A DNA stretch of 63,277 nucleotides, counting the filler, from Trichomonas gallinae (lineage: Eukaryota): assembly GCA_008369845.1 (NCBI GenBank). It is 10 parts of 10 records of this genome, joined end to end, with 100 filler letters (N's around TTAATTAATTAA, not from the genome) between each part and the next. Parts side by side here need not be neighbours in the genome. Positions count along the whole stretch, not along the records: positions 17,906 to 40,768 come from MRSU01001140.1; positions 40,869 to 46,992 come from MRSU01001152.1; 8 more parts are not named here. One strand, given 5' to 3'. Position numbers and translations under genes: made by a program. The notes beneath the pieces are model-generated. The model was not told where the DNA came from and ran no database searches. It was given only the letters and a program-made list of their open reading frames with translations. This document shows positions 35,701-47,092 of the stretch, piece after piece (positions within the stretch are counted from its first letter, which is position 1; the number at the start of each line of letters is the position of its first letter).

Positions 35701-37863
35701 TTAAAACTCGGCTTTCTTCTTTTTAGGTTTCTTATCTATAACTCTGAGTTTCTGCTTGCTCATTTTGACGCCAGGTAAGTTAAGAGGCGCAGAAACTATT
35801 GATTCTCTGAATGATTTAAGAACATTTGTATTTCTCGGCATTGCTCTCATTTTGCCGCAAGTAGGAATGTCTTGGCCTCCATTGATTGTCGTAGTCATAG
35901 GCATGACAACTTCTGCAGGTCTTTTGAACTTTTTAGCGCAAAACTTTTCAAAGTCATTACTTTCTTCGACGACTTTTTCTAATGTCTTGACTCTGTTTTT
36001 GCAGGTTTCCATTACTTGGTTATACTGCATCACAAGTTTCTGCCTCTGAACTTCATGGAACTGCTTGAGATTTGTTATTTCATTCTTTTGAAGATTGATC
36101 AATGAAGCTTTGTCTCTGTCATAACTTAATTGCATTTCACTTGTTCTCATTTCTACTTCCTGTGCTTCCAACTTTCTTGTTATCTTCTGGAGAAATGCTG
36201 CACCTGTTAAATCCCCTGTTAACGCGTGATTCTTCTGGCTCTGCAAAACCAGTAAAAGCTGCGGACTCTTTTTATTAAATTTCCTATAAACGGCATCTGA
36301 CTGCCAGTATTCTTCTAATTCAGCATTCTTATCTGCCTGCCTTGCTTCCAAATCTTTGAGTTCTTCAAGACAGTTTTGGTCGAATTCTTTGAATCTTTGT
36401 TTCCATTCTGCTTCCATTGCTTTCTGGTTTTCCTTCGCTTCATCGAGTTTCGCCTGGCATTCATCGATATAATCTTTGTAGAATAGATCTCTGTCGCGTT
36501 TTCTGTAATCGACTCTCATTTTCTCTGATAATTCTCGCAGTTTCTGTGATTGTGCGTAATTTTGATCTTTCATCGCTTGTACTCTTCTATTTGATAGCTC
36601 ATTGATGACATCAGCGATAGTAGCAGGATCATATATGTTTAATTTCTGGCCAGCTAAGATTTTGTCTGTCATTTTGATAACTTCATCTGATGATACTTTG
36701 CTTTCTTTTTCTTTGTTTTTGATTGATAGCAGATTTGGTGGAGGTGGCTCTTTCTTGACTGGATGACCTGTAATAAACTCAATAAATTCTGGCGGAGCTT
36801 TGACTTCTGTTTGCTGATTTCGACGTCCAGTGTAAAACATTGTCTTTGGGTGAGGTTTACGCGATGTTTGTGCGTGTTCTATTGAATGGGTATGTTGTGG
36901 CTCCGGATATTTCTTTACTTGCGCTAATCTTTCTGCAGCTTCCATTTGTTCTGCGAGAGATCTCTTCTTTTTTGGCTCATATAACTGTATCTGAGGTCTT
37001 TCATCTTTGTGAGTGACAACAGACCTTGATGTTTGACTCCTTCTTTGTAATGATATTGATGTTTGTGCACGATCTTGATTTAGCATCCTATTAAGATCGA
37101 GATTGAAGTCTCTATTGATTTTTAATTTAGGTGTTTCGTTATTATTTGCTTTTTGTGGTGTTTCTTCAGTTTTTGAATGTGGAATTTCTTCTGTTGATTT
37201 ATTTTCTGGATTTTCTTCTGGTTTCTGTTCTGTATTATCATTATTTTGCTCTGGCTGTGGTTTTGAATCCGATTCTGTTTGAAAAAATGATGATTTTTCT
37301 ATAGTTTCTTTGATTTCTGGCGAAACTGCAGTTGTATCGCTAGATTCTTCTTTGCTTTCAGTAGATGTTTCTTGAGATTCGTCTTTAGATTCATTGTTTC
37401 TAGAAATTTCAGAAGAGTTATTATTTTTTTCTGTTTGAGGAAGTATTTTGTTTGATTTCTCTTCCTCTTGAGTATTAGTAGTTTGATTTTCATCCGATTT
37501 TTGTGTTTTGTTTAAATCATTATTTTCGTTATTTTCATTTTCTTGTTTTTCATCCGTTTTATTAACCATATTGGTTTTATTATTCTCGCTTATTATCGGA
37601 ATAATTGGATTTTCTGTCAGAATATTCTTTATTGAAAGAATATTATTTTCTTCTTTGTTTGCTTCGTCTGTATTTAGTTTATCTTTTGCTGCATTGTCAT
37701 GTGTCTGTATATCAGAGTCGCCTATTATGCTGCTTATGTTTGGCTCTTGACTTGATTCCATAGAATTTGATAAAATTCCTGAAAGACCTTCCATTGAATT
37801 TTGTTCATTCGTTTCTTTCTTTTCAGCAGCATCAACAACGACGTTTGGCTCAATGTCGCTCAT
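35701..37863 (-). CDS. Coiled-coil protein with disordered N/E-rich N-terminus
   Basis: 720-aa ORF. Confidence 0.75.
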   Translation of the reverse strand: MSDIEPNVVVDAAEKKETNEQNSMEGLSGILSNSMESSQEPNISSIIGDSDIQTHDNAAKDKLNTDEANKEENNILSIKNILTENPIIPIISENNKTNMVNKTDEKQENENNENNDLNKTQKSDENQTTNTQEEEKSNKILPQTEKNNNSSEISRNNESKDESQETSTESKEESSDTTAVSPEIKETIEKSSFFQTESDSKPQPEQNNDNTEQKPEENPENKSTEEIPHSKTEETPQKANNNETPKLKINRDFNLDLNRMLNQDRAQTSISLQRRSQTSRSVVTHKDERPQIQLYEPKKKRSLAEQMEAAERLAQVKKYPEPQHTHSIEHAQTSRKPHPKTMFYTGRRNQQTEVKAPPEFIEFITGHPVKKEPPPPNLLSIKNKEKESKVSSDEVIKMTDKILAGQKLNIYDPATIADVINELSNRRVQAMKDQNYAQSQKLRELSEKMRVDYRKRDRDLFYKDYIDECQAKLDEAKENQKAMEAEWKQRFKEFDQNCLEELKDLEARQADKNAELEEYWQSDAVYRKFNKKSPQLLLVLQSQKNHALTGDLTGAAFLQKITRKLEAQEVEMRTSEMQLSYDRDKASLINLQKNEITNLKQFHEVQRQKLVMQYNQVMETCKNRVKTLEKVVEESNDFEKFCAKKFKRPAEVVMPMTTTINGGQDIPTCGKMRAMPRNTNVLKSFRESIVSAPLNLPGVKMSKQKLRVIDKKPKKKKAEF

Positions 37864-38811
37864 TATTTAGACGCTGCTGATAAATGGAATTAAAATTTTT
37901 GTCAATTTTTCAACGCACGAAAAATTCCGATAAAAATTTTTGTCAGTAAAATATTTTTTGACATGTAAAATACAAACCAAATCTTAACAATTGGATGCTA
38001 ATACTTTTCCAATAGTTAATATATGGGCTATTAGCCATTCATAGCGCCAAAGCGATTAAATCTTTAAAAATTATATGTTTTCAATTCAAATGTTTGGTTT
38101 TATTAAACTTTATTGCAGTATTTTGATTTTATTCCTAAATATTTGTGTGTTCTATTATTAGATTTGTACTTTTATGCATTAAATTTTTTGCAGAAAATAA
38201 TTTTCAAAAAAATAAAAAGAATTTTGTACAAATTTTTATGAACCATTGTTGATTCCAAAAAAACTTGGGATTCGATTATTGTTGAAAACAAGCATACATA
38301 TAGGTCAAAATTCGATATTGTATCGTTTTTCGAACGAAATATATATACATACTACTTAAGATCAATTCTGATATATCTTATTTTAAGAGTAATAGACACA
38401 CAAATATATAACATCTTTCAAATATACTTATACTAACCAATATACATAGGAGAGCTTACTTTTATTCAAATATGGAACTTTCATCAAATTATTTCGTCGG
38501 AAACGCGCCTTTTGCATAGCAAGACTTTTGAACAGACTCATTCAAGAATATATATTTTCGATATAAAATTCCTATCTGGAATTCTTGAAAATAAAGTAAT
38601 ATTAGCTTTAACCATGGAGAACATAAACCAAACTGCTTTTCGTCCATGGAGGAGTATCCTTGAATCAGATACTTTTCTTTCAACTTCAATTTGAAAAATA
38701 AAATTTTAATATAAATAATATTACTATTCACATATCATATATAGTATAAACAAACGAATCTCCAAAATCAGCTTGTTCGATACTGTAATATTTTTTTTTC
38801 CATTACATTCA

Positions 38812-39672
38812 CTACAAATTTGAAGGTCGTTTGAGCGTAAATCCTGTTCCTGAGTTGCACCTTGGAATGTAAACCATTGTAGGTGAGCCCATTACCGGTC
38901 GTTCCAGGTTCTGTTTAGTAGGTGTGTAGCTCGTTTGCTGGAATTTCTGGAATGCGAGGCCGGCGTTTGTCTTAGATGACTTGATGCCTCCTTTCCTTGG
39001 TGTTGACATGTTATTGTTTGGCGCTAACATTATCTTCAATTTTTTGATCTCGTGGTCTTGACGGTTCAATGCCTCCTTAAGGCCTTCAATTTCTCTGTCC
39101 TTGCGCTCAATGATCTTCTTAAAGTTATCCATCCTGAATTGAGCAATCTCAATTTTTTGAGCTTGCGCAATCATGTTTGTATATTGTGATCTTTTGATCT
39201 CCTCGTATATTTGAATCTGGGCGTTGAAGTACTCATTCTTTTGCTGAAGCTCATGGTTCAGATTTTTACTCTGTCTGTTCTCTTTCCTGACTCTTTTTGA
39301 TTCTTTGATAGTGTCTTGGTATGAGTCAACGATCTTCTTCAAGAAGTAGCGGATGTAATCATTGAAGAATGGTGCTTTTAAGTTCTCTGAGATTAGCAAA
39401 GATATCTTAGCTGCTTTATTAGCGTCCCAGCCAAAATTGATCTTCCAGTGCTGCAGAACCTCCAATAATTCAGCTGGTTTGAGTTTTCCTTTACTTTGCT
39501 CAAGAAATGCAACTGCAATATCTATTGTAACATAGCGGTAATCAAAAATGCGGCAGATCTCGTTCTTTTTGAACTTTTTAAACAGTAACTTCTTCTGTAG
39601 ATAGAGTTCTAAGTTGTTCGCGTATTCCTGATAGCTCTTTGTATTAAACATTATAAAATAAAATATAAACAT
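38812..39672 (-). CDS. Hypothetical trichomonad-family protein with coiled coil
   Basis: 286-aa ORF, helical N-terminal domain then heptads. Confidence 0.7.
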   Translation of the reverse strand: MFIFYFIMFNTKSYQEYANNLELYLQKKLLFKKFKKNEICRIFDYRYVTIDIAVAFLEQSKGKLKPAELLEVLQHWKINFGWDANKAAKISLLISENLKAPFFNDYIRYFLKKIVDSYQDTIKESKRVRKENRQSKNLNHELQQKNEYFNAQIQIYEEIKRSQYTNMIAQAQKIEIAQFRMDNFKKIIERKDREIEGLKEALNRQDHEIKKLKIMLAPNNNMSTPRKGGIKSSKTNAGLAFQKFQQTSYTPTKQNLERPVMGSPTMVYIPRCNSGTGFTLKRPSNL

Positions 39673-40688
39673 TGAATTTGTTAATTTCGACTTTTTTAGA
39701 TTTTGATTCTTTTATAGTTATTTAATCCATTTAATGATTAATTTTTTTTGTAAACAAAATTGAATGAATAAATTTTTGTAAACATTTGAAATCAACCAAA
39801 ATGAAAAAATTAATTAATTTTGAATAAATTAAATATAGACAATTTCGCAATTTTTGATTTTTTGAATTGACAAAACTCTAAAAATTACAGATTACTCTCT
39901 TAAATAAAACATGCAAAAATAATAAGTTATAACGATAAAGATTCAATTCGCATTGAAAATAAAGGTTGACAATTCTTAACGATAAGGAACCATACAGTTC
40001 CAAATCGATGTCCGTTCGCTATTGATTTATGGCCACTCTCATAGTTTGCGCATTTATTTCGAAAAATTATGGTGGAAAGTCTTAAAATTAATTCCAGAAA
40101 AGGCGCATGGTTGTACGATTTAATAAACATTGGAATATAGTCTTTATTACAATCCCAATGACATCTTTGTATTACAATAAATGACATAATGGGCGATGAT
40201 TACTTGGTCTGTCAAATATAATATTTTACATGACAAATTTTAAAATTTAAGAGAAAAATCACTTACAAAAAAAGTCGCAATTTCATTAAAAAACAATAGT
40301 ACAACAATTCATTATTCAAATTATGGCTAAAAGGGAAAAAGTTCAGTTCAATATTATTTTGAAGATTGCCACAATATGCATTCTAAACATTAAGCATAAG
40401 GTATATTGAGCTATTATCCACATACTGATAGCCAAAAGTCATTAATACATCATTTTCGAAAAGATCTCATTAGATTCACGTTTTTTTTTTTAAATTTCAA
40501 ACTTTATGTATGATAATAATGTGATAATTATCAGCATATTCATAATTATTCAATTTAAAATTTTAAAATGACTCATAATTGTGAAACTCCATTAAATTTT
40601 GCTGCAAAAAATATATAGTATGGCAAACATGTGAACCATGAAAGCATGATCAAGAGAGTTATTCCAAATGAAAATTATTCGATTGTGT

Positions 40689-40768
40689 AGTAGTATATGA
40701 AGTGTGAATACTAGGTTTACTTAAAATTCTTCAGTGTAGGGCTCGTTTCTCCGTTCCTCTCCCTCCAC
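40689..40768 (+). mobile_element. Maverick/Polinton-like terminus running into a contig gap
   Basis: Begins AGTAGTATATG; the same 11-mer starts the termini at 52361 and 63179. Confidence 0.6.
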
Positions 40769-40868
40769 NNNNNNNNNNNNNNNNNNNNNNNNNNNNNNNN
40801 NNNNNNNNNNNNTTAATTAATTAANNNNNNNNNNNNNNNNNNNNNNNNNNNNNNNNNNNNNNNNNNNN
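40769..40868. other. Artificial contig linker
   Basis: N44-TTAATTAATTAA-N44. Confidence 0.99.
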
Positions 40869-40949
40869 TGTTGAACCAAAATAGGTTAAAATCATGAAAA
40901 ATAAAAACACGACGATAGACCGCTATTTGGCCGGAGCGGACCCTTAACC
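40869..40949 (-). mobile_element. DNA transposon end (Kolobok-like, GG terminus near TTAA)
   Basis: Reverse complement GGTTAAGGGTCCGCTCCGGCCAAATAGCGGTCTATCGTC at contig edge; homologous to 1213-1250. Confidence 0.5.
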
Positions 40950-41279
40950 TAATTTAGACAAGATTACATTCTCAAAACAGCAAATTTGCACTAATTACAT
41001 ATTTTTATTGCCATATATAAAGAGTAAACGCTTTTTTTTTTTGAAGTATCAAATTTTCAACTCATTCGTAAAAATTCATCTTACATTAAAATCTAAACAG
41101 TGTATATGTTCATATTTTTAAACAATAAATATATATTATCGATCAAAAAATTATTTTTGGAAATATGCTTTTTTAGCTGATTATAGTATGCGGAATCTGT
41201 ACCATATAGTTTTTATATCATTCATTATCAATCAAATAATCCCAATATCAATAATAAATGATAATTTTGTTAAACATCA

Positions 41280-41710
41280 GCTAATAATAAAGATTGTGAC
41301 TGATTTTATGAGAAAATCAACGTATCAAGCATGCATATAATATTAACTACTGCTTATATTATAGCATCAGTTCCTAATGATATTTTTGTTAGACTCAACG
41401 ATCTCTACAATTGAATCATCGAGTGAATTGATTGAACACCTCCAACATTGATAGTGGCCATTTTAACCAAAATAATTTAAACTTTACAATATTAAAATCT
41501 TGCAATTTCGCACCTTATGTCCTTAGTTACTGCATGCTAAATACATACAATATTCACTTCATCTAATGATCATCATGAAGCTGTCAAACTCTTTCTCACA
41601 GTTCCTGGATTAGATATCAACGCATAAAGCGAAACAAGCAGAACAGCTTTGATTTTAGCTTCATTATATGGTCATGAAGTTGTCATACTCCTTCTCACAG
41701 TTCCTACGGA
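41280..41710 (+). pseudogene. Ankyrin-repeat pseudogene
   Basis: Manual translation NDHHEAVKLFLTVPGLDINA*SETSRTALILASLYGHEVVILLLTVP; 5' boundary approximate. Confidence 0.75.
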
Positions 41711-42225
41711 ATCCAACTATATTTTGTCTTACCATTTAAGTAAATTCTCGTTTAAGTCATAGGGATTATTTTTAGCGTGAGAAAATTATCTGGAAAGAAG
41801 TCAACTAATATATATACTTATTACAGAATGTGTTCTTTTACTTGTGAGTGCTAATGTCACTGAAATTTCATGACAATAATGTGATTTTTGGTATTTTACA
41901 AATTAAAAAATTTCAAGATTTGCGTTGAATAAAATGATGATTTCGAGCAAAACTGGCCAAAGATAATTAATAACAAATTCAACAGATATGAGAAGAAGGA
42001 GATAAATGATATAGTTAATGTTGTAAAACTAATAAATATCTGTAAGATGTCGAGAAAAAATCATTTATTTTCAAGGCACTTTGGGGACGAGTGAATGAAA
42101 ATCATTATAAATTACATATTACTGTATTAATACATATAGTGATATCACAATTGTTTCTAATATTCATTGTTGAGTTATTTTCCACAATAAATAATCATTT
42201 ACAAGTATTTTTACAAAAATTCGAT

Positions 42226-43062
42226 TTAATCTTCCCAGTATCTGTTCATTGTTTGCGCAAGGTAATTGTATGTTTTAAAATCTGATTCAACTACGCGCAT
42301 ATAAGTTCCTGAGGCGTGAATAAATTTTCCATCTCCGATATACATTCCTACGTGCGAGACAGCATTTGGACGCTTTTCATCTGTACAAAATGTTATTAAA
42401 TCGCCAGGCAACAGTTCATCTTCGCTCTTAAGAATTTTTCCATATTGTGCTTGGATATAAGATGTTCTTGGAATGAACCTATCAAGTCTGTTATAAGCCC
42501 AATGCATTAAACCTGAACAATCAAATGTGTTTGGACCGGACATTGCCCATTCATATTGACATCCAAGTTTTGTTTTTACTAATTCAGCAGCAATTTCCCC
42601 ATCATTCTTTCCAGTGAACTGTTTGAAGTTAAAATCAGTTGAAGATGACTCAACGAATCCGACTTTTCCTTGATAATAAATTTCACTAAAATTATTAACA
42701 TGATAATCAACAATTATTATATCTTCATTCACATCAATAGTTCCTAAATCTTCTGAATCTAATGATGGTTCTTTATAAATCTGTGTTTTTGATGTTATCT
42801 TGGATTTAAATACAACTTCTTCAACGGTATCTTGACTTATCCAGCTTGTTGCCGTGCCTATTCTAACGTTTGCATATCCGTTATCGTAGCCAATAATGTG
42901 ACAGTAGAAGTCATAGTAGAGCCAATATAAATGTTTATCAGATTCTGTTGGATGTGAGGTATTATAGGCTTTTACGAGGTTTGTACCTGGCGTAATGATG
43001 TGGCCGATCTTCGTTTTAGTCTCTCCTATGTCAATGTTCGACCTATGGATTGGATTTATCAT
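42226..43062 (-). CDS. SH3b-like + NlpC/P60 peptidoglycan endopeptidase (bacterial origin)
   Basis: LGCQYEWAMSGPNTFDCSGL, LLPGDLI, SHVGMYIGDGKFIHAS; Cys-His-His triad intact. Confidence 0.93.
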   Translation of the reverse strand: MINPIHRSNIDIGETKTKIGHIITPGTNLVKAYNTSHPTESDKHLYWLYYDFYCHIIGYDNGYANVRIGTATSWISQDTVEEVVFKSKITSKTQIYKEPSLDSEDLGTIDVNEDIIIVDYHVNNFSEIYYQGKVGFVESSSTDFNFKQFTGKNDGEIAAELVKTKLGCQYEWAMSGPNTFDCSGLMHWAYNRLDRFIPRTSYIQAQYGKILKSEDELLPGDLITFCTDEKRPNAVSHVGMYIGDGKFIHASGTYMRVVESDFKTYNYLAQTMNRYWED

Positions 43063-43812
43063 AAATGAAATGAAAGTTTTTTTCCAACTAATGTAAAGTA
43101 TTCAAATAACCACTTTTCGATTTTCTCCACCAATTTTTTTGAATACTTTACATTATTATTCAAAATGATCCACATGGATAAATTTATAAATATTAAACTG
43201 AAAAATCATTATATTCATTCAATTTTAGTTGAGTAGATTCACATAATTCAGAATTAAGTCAATTATGTCAATTTATTTTGTCAAAATTATAATCAGTCAT
43301 TTCTATTTTATTGTATCATTATGCAGCTCTTATATTCAGGGATATAGGTTGGATATCAATCTCCAATAGAATGCAAAATTCAATTTGCAATGTTTCACTT
43401 TTTTGCAAGTCTTAAAATATGCGAGTTCAGATAAAAATCATTCTGTAGCATTCACTTCCTTTCTTTCAGAACATTTCATTCATTCCATACAAGAGAGATG
43501 AAAGTATTAAAATTTTGATATCACAATAATAATGAAGATATATAACAGAATAATAAAAAGAATCATCTATATTCATGACCAGTATCCTTTTAAGAAGCTA
43601 TTAACTGCTATAAAAAGGTGCCGACACTGTTAAAGAGCCAATTTTTTTTTTTTTCAAGAGATTTGATATATAAAATATAGGGTTTATAATATCATTTGGC
43701 CATAAAATCCATAATATAACTTATCACCTATATGGAATGATGAAAATAAGAATGTTTTTGTCAAAATCCCTAAAAAAGATTTTTACCCCCTGCCTTTTTC
43801 ATACTCCCCCTA

Positions 43813-46464
43813 ATGGGGAATGGAATCAAGCATGAAGAGAAAATCCTGGGCAAAATCAAGGAGATCATGCAGAGTTCTAACGGAATAATCAGTCAGGACC
43901 AAGTAATACAGGTTATTGCACAGTTTTATTCGCAAAATTACAGCGAATTAGGCGGACTTTCTGCAATAACTCGCTCATTAAATCAGCGAGGCATAGCAAG
44001 CAAAGTAAAAGTCAAAATACCATCGAATTTCACAATGAAATCATCTAATTCCAAGCACGCTCCTTCACAGCAATTTATAACAGTATTTGTAGATTCATCG
44101 ATTCCGGCTGATAAACGATCGAAAATTATTGTGGATTACATTAAGGATTCCATACATACACTCGCACCTACATTTCACAGAAGTGTTTCGCGAGAAATTT
44201 TAGCAGAAAACACAGACAACATTCCACAGAAAAATCTACTTGACACAGAGTTTTTTTCTGTGAAGTTCAGAGCAATGCTACTACATTTATTCCTAATACA
44301 CAATTTTCCGAATCAGAAATTAGATCTCAATAAATTGTTGGAATCCATGCCAATAGGTTTATCCATTCAAATATTTAGAACATTAGATCCAAAGTTTTTT
44401 TGTTTACATCCTTCAATAGTTGTTCCAATTCAACAAGATAAATTATTAGAACTGAATATGCTAATTGCTACCCTAAAACCACCATACAATCCTTTGATTA
44501 TAGATGGGGTTATTCAAACAAAGACAGAAATAGAAATTCAAAATTTAGAATTTTCAAAATTATTCGATTTTAAATTAGACCCTTTAGCACATTTACATTA
44601 TTGGACATTAGTTAATTCCATAGCTAATCTACCATTCCAGAAGTATCCAATTACTGTAGTTCAACGTTTTGAGCAATATTTGAATTTGATTTATAATGAT
44701 ACTGTTTTATTTTCACTTCCTTTCTTTCCAAGAGATGTAGAAGAAGAAGCATATCGCATAAATGTGCCACCATTAGCTTTATCCAATTATATTCAAAAAT
44801 TATATAAAAAAAAGCTACGAATTATCAATCATCCACGTAAGGCATTTTTGGAGTCTCACTTATTCCCATCAAGTGGTGCTGCTTCTATGATTGTATCTGG
44901 AAAATCTGCTCTTCCAAGTCTTGAATTTTTTCCTCCTCAGTATTTTTCTGGTGAATTTGATGTAGATAACTCAGTACATTCTATAGCAAAGCTGTTTTTA
45001 GCATCAAGACTATCAAATGATGGATATATTATGTCAAAAAGAGCAAATTACGAACTTTTAAAAGAGAAAGCTCATCTATGGATAGAAAACAACTCTAAAA
45101 TTCAAAATTTCGCAGCTTCTTTGCTGAATGAAGATAATTTTGTATCAATATTTAATGAAGTGGCTTCAAACATAATGATTGCATTCCATGGCCTTGCTTC
45201 AGGTGGAGACATCAATGTTACAGCATCAGAAATAAACAATTTATACACGGTTTCAAAAATAATAAATCGTTTATCTAAGCCAATTTCAATTGCTTTTGAA
45301 TTCCTTAAATCAGTATTAAGCGACAAAGAATTAACAAGAAATGACATGCTGTCTGTCAGACAATTATGTCATCTAAGGCAGAAGCATATAGGAAAGGCTC
45401 TGTGGGCTTTGTCAGCCTTAGGTATTGTTACTACAAACAACAACAAAGTTTTCGTCAATTTTCCGAAAAGCGATTATTACTTCGATGACTTTTACACAAT
45501 GAAGACAACAGACACAGTCATTTCTCCACGACCAGCCCACTTCTTCTGCTATTTTTCTGATGATAGAACATTCGAAATCGAATGGACCGGTGAGAAAAAC
45601 ATAGAAAACAAAAACATTTACGACATTTTTGCACCTGAAGCTGCAGAAGTAAGCCAATCTAAGATATATAAATTTAAGCTAAAAGAGATTAAGCAGAAAC
45701 TGCCTCATGTTAAAACAAAAGAACCAAGCAAAGAAATAGCAAATGAAAAAGTTAATGAAGAAATTTTATCGACTGATCCGCTTTCGCCACTTTCTTTCGC
45801 AAGAATAGACACAGAAGAATTCATTTTCCCTGATCTAATGGATAGATACATTTTCAGTCTCATATGTAGTGCGGGAGTTGATGGAATTGGAGCACTAGAA
45901 CTCGCTCAAGCTTTTTCGACAAACGTGACGTCAAATTTGTTCCAAACTGTTTTAGAAAAAATCGAATCATATATTAGACTGAATTTAGTTTGCAGGGTCC
46001 CTTCAACACAGTTCCAGCCTATTTACTCAAGATATCCAGCTTGCAACAGCATTGCTCGATCGACACCATCCAAAATTGAATTAGTTCCACTTCACGTTTG
46101 GGTAGATTCCAAAGGTGAAGTCGACCAAGAAAAAATTTTGGAAATGAGGAGAAATATTGTCGTTTATGTGCTCAATAATGATATGTGCACTTTTGATAAC
46201 ATCGTTGATAACTTTCCTTATATTTCCCCTAATGATTTATGCATGCTTCTTGAAGCTCTTGAAGCTGATGAGTGCATCAGCTCACAGTTCTCTTTTGAGT
46301 CATCTGGCGGACTTTATGATGAGTACACAAACTTTTGCACAGCTCCTCTAAAGAAAGACATTTTCTTATCGATAATCTCAGAACAAAAAGTCCTTGAAAC
46401 AGAATCAAAGCTTGTTAGAAGATTCAGGACAACAAAAGCATCATTATATAATGTTTGTATTTAA
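43813..46464 (+). CDS. Divergent TFIIIC large subunit (GTF3C1/Tfc3/tau138)-like winged-helix protein
   Basis: KFRAMLLHLFL, LLESMPIGLSIQI, and C-terminal VWVDSKGEVD...MRRNIVVYV...ISPNDLCMLLEALEADECI recall GTF3C1 conserved blocks. Confidence 0.55.
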   Translation: MGNGIKHEEKILGKIKEIMQSSNGIISQDQVIQVIAQFYSQNYSELGGLSAITRSLNQRGIASKVKVKIPSNFTMKSSNSKHAPSQQFITVFVDSSIPADKRSKIIVDYIKDSIHTLAPTFHRSVSREILAENTDNIPQKNLLDTEFFSVKFRAMLLHLFLIHNFPNQKLDLNKLLESMPIGLSIQIFRTLDPKFFCLHPSIVVPIQQDKLLELNMLIATLKPPYNPLIIDGVIQTKTEIEIQNLEFSKLFDFKLDPLAHLHYWTLVNSIANLPFQKYPITVVQRFEQYLNLIYNDTVLFSLPFFPRDVEEEAYRINVPPLALSNYIQKLYKKKLRIINHPRKAFLESHLFPSSGAASMIVSGKSALPSLEFFPPQYFSGEFDVDNSVHSIAKLFLASRLSNDGYIMSKRANYELLKEKAHLWIENNSKIQNFAASLLNEDNFVSIFNEVASNIMIAFHGLASGGDINVTASEINNLYTVSKIINRLSKPISIAFEFLKSVLSDKELTRNDMLSVRQLCHLRQKHIGKALWALSALGIVTTNNNKVFVNFPKSDYYFDDFYTMKTTDTVISPRPAHFFCYFSDDRTFEIEWTGEKNIENKNIYDIFAPEAAEVSQSKIYKFKLKEIKQKLPHVKTKEPSKEIANEKVNEEILSTDPLSPLSFARIDTEEFIFPDLMDRYIFSLICSAGVDGIGALELAQAFSTNVTSNLFQTVLEKIESYIRLNLVCRVPSTQFQPIYSRYPACNSIARSTPSKIELVPLHVWVDSKGEVDQEKILEMRRNIVVYVLNNDMCTFDNIVDNFPYISPNDLCMLLEALEADECISSQFSFESSGGLYDEYTNFCTAPLKKDIFLSIISEQKVLETESKLVRRFRTTKASLYNVCI

Positions 46465-46865
46465 ATATATATTCTTTCCATTAATTTTTTTTTTATTTAT
46501 GAAAAAAACCAATAACACACTCAAAAAGAGGAAACAGATTCTCGAATGAAACACCAATGAAATGTAAAAGAAGATAAATGATTTAAACAAGACAGTGCTC
46601 ATAATAAAAAGAAATTACTCATCAACAAATACTGATAGATGAAGAAATTATACATGATAAATGTTGGCATCAATAACATTAAAATTAAAACCCCATATTT
46701 AAACAGTAATATATACATATCATTGGGATGCTATATTTCATAATGATCAAGGATATAATAATTTCATCAATATTGCCAAATAATCGCGTAATTATCATAT
46801 TTGACTCGTAAAATATTTATTTGACAAAATTATATATTGAGGGGAAAATAATCGTTGTTGTATGG

Positions 46866-46870
46866 CCTTT
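46866..46870 (+). promoter_or_regulatory. M5 (CCTTT) alternative initiator
   Basis: CCTTT ending 6 nt before a ribosomal-protein ATG, the usual M5 context in T. vaginalis. Confidence 0.6.
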
Positions 46871-46876
46871 CGAAAG

Positions 46877-46992
46877 ATGTCTTCAACAGTTTTCTACATC
46901 GACTGCCAGGCTCCAGTCACAGACAAGTTCTTCCAGCTCCAGGAGTTCGTCGAGTACCTCCAGTCCCACATGAAGGTCGACAAGCTCAAGAA
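46877..46992 (+). CDS. RPL22: 60S ribosomal protein L22e, 5' fragment cut by gap
   Basis: MSSTVFYIDCQAPVTDKFFQLQEFVEYLQSHMKVD matches eL22 FxIDCxxPVxD...FxxxLxxxIKV; C-ending codon bias. Confidence 0.88.
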
Positions 46993-47092
46993 NNNNNNNN
47001 NNNNNNNNNNNNNNNNNNNNNNNNNNNNNNNNNNNNTTAATTAATTAANNNNNNNNNNNNNNNNNNNNNNNNNNNNNNNNNNNNNNNNNNNN
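46993..47092. other. Artificial contig linker
   Basis: N44-TTAATTAATTAA-N44. Confidence 0.99.

Noticed and set aside
38480..38700. Possible gene remnants here and at 39927-40200, 43300-43640 and 59000-59429
   Set aside because: Coding-like composition but no recognisable motif in any frame
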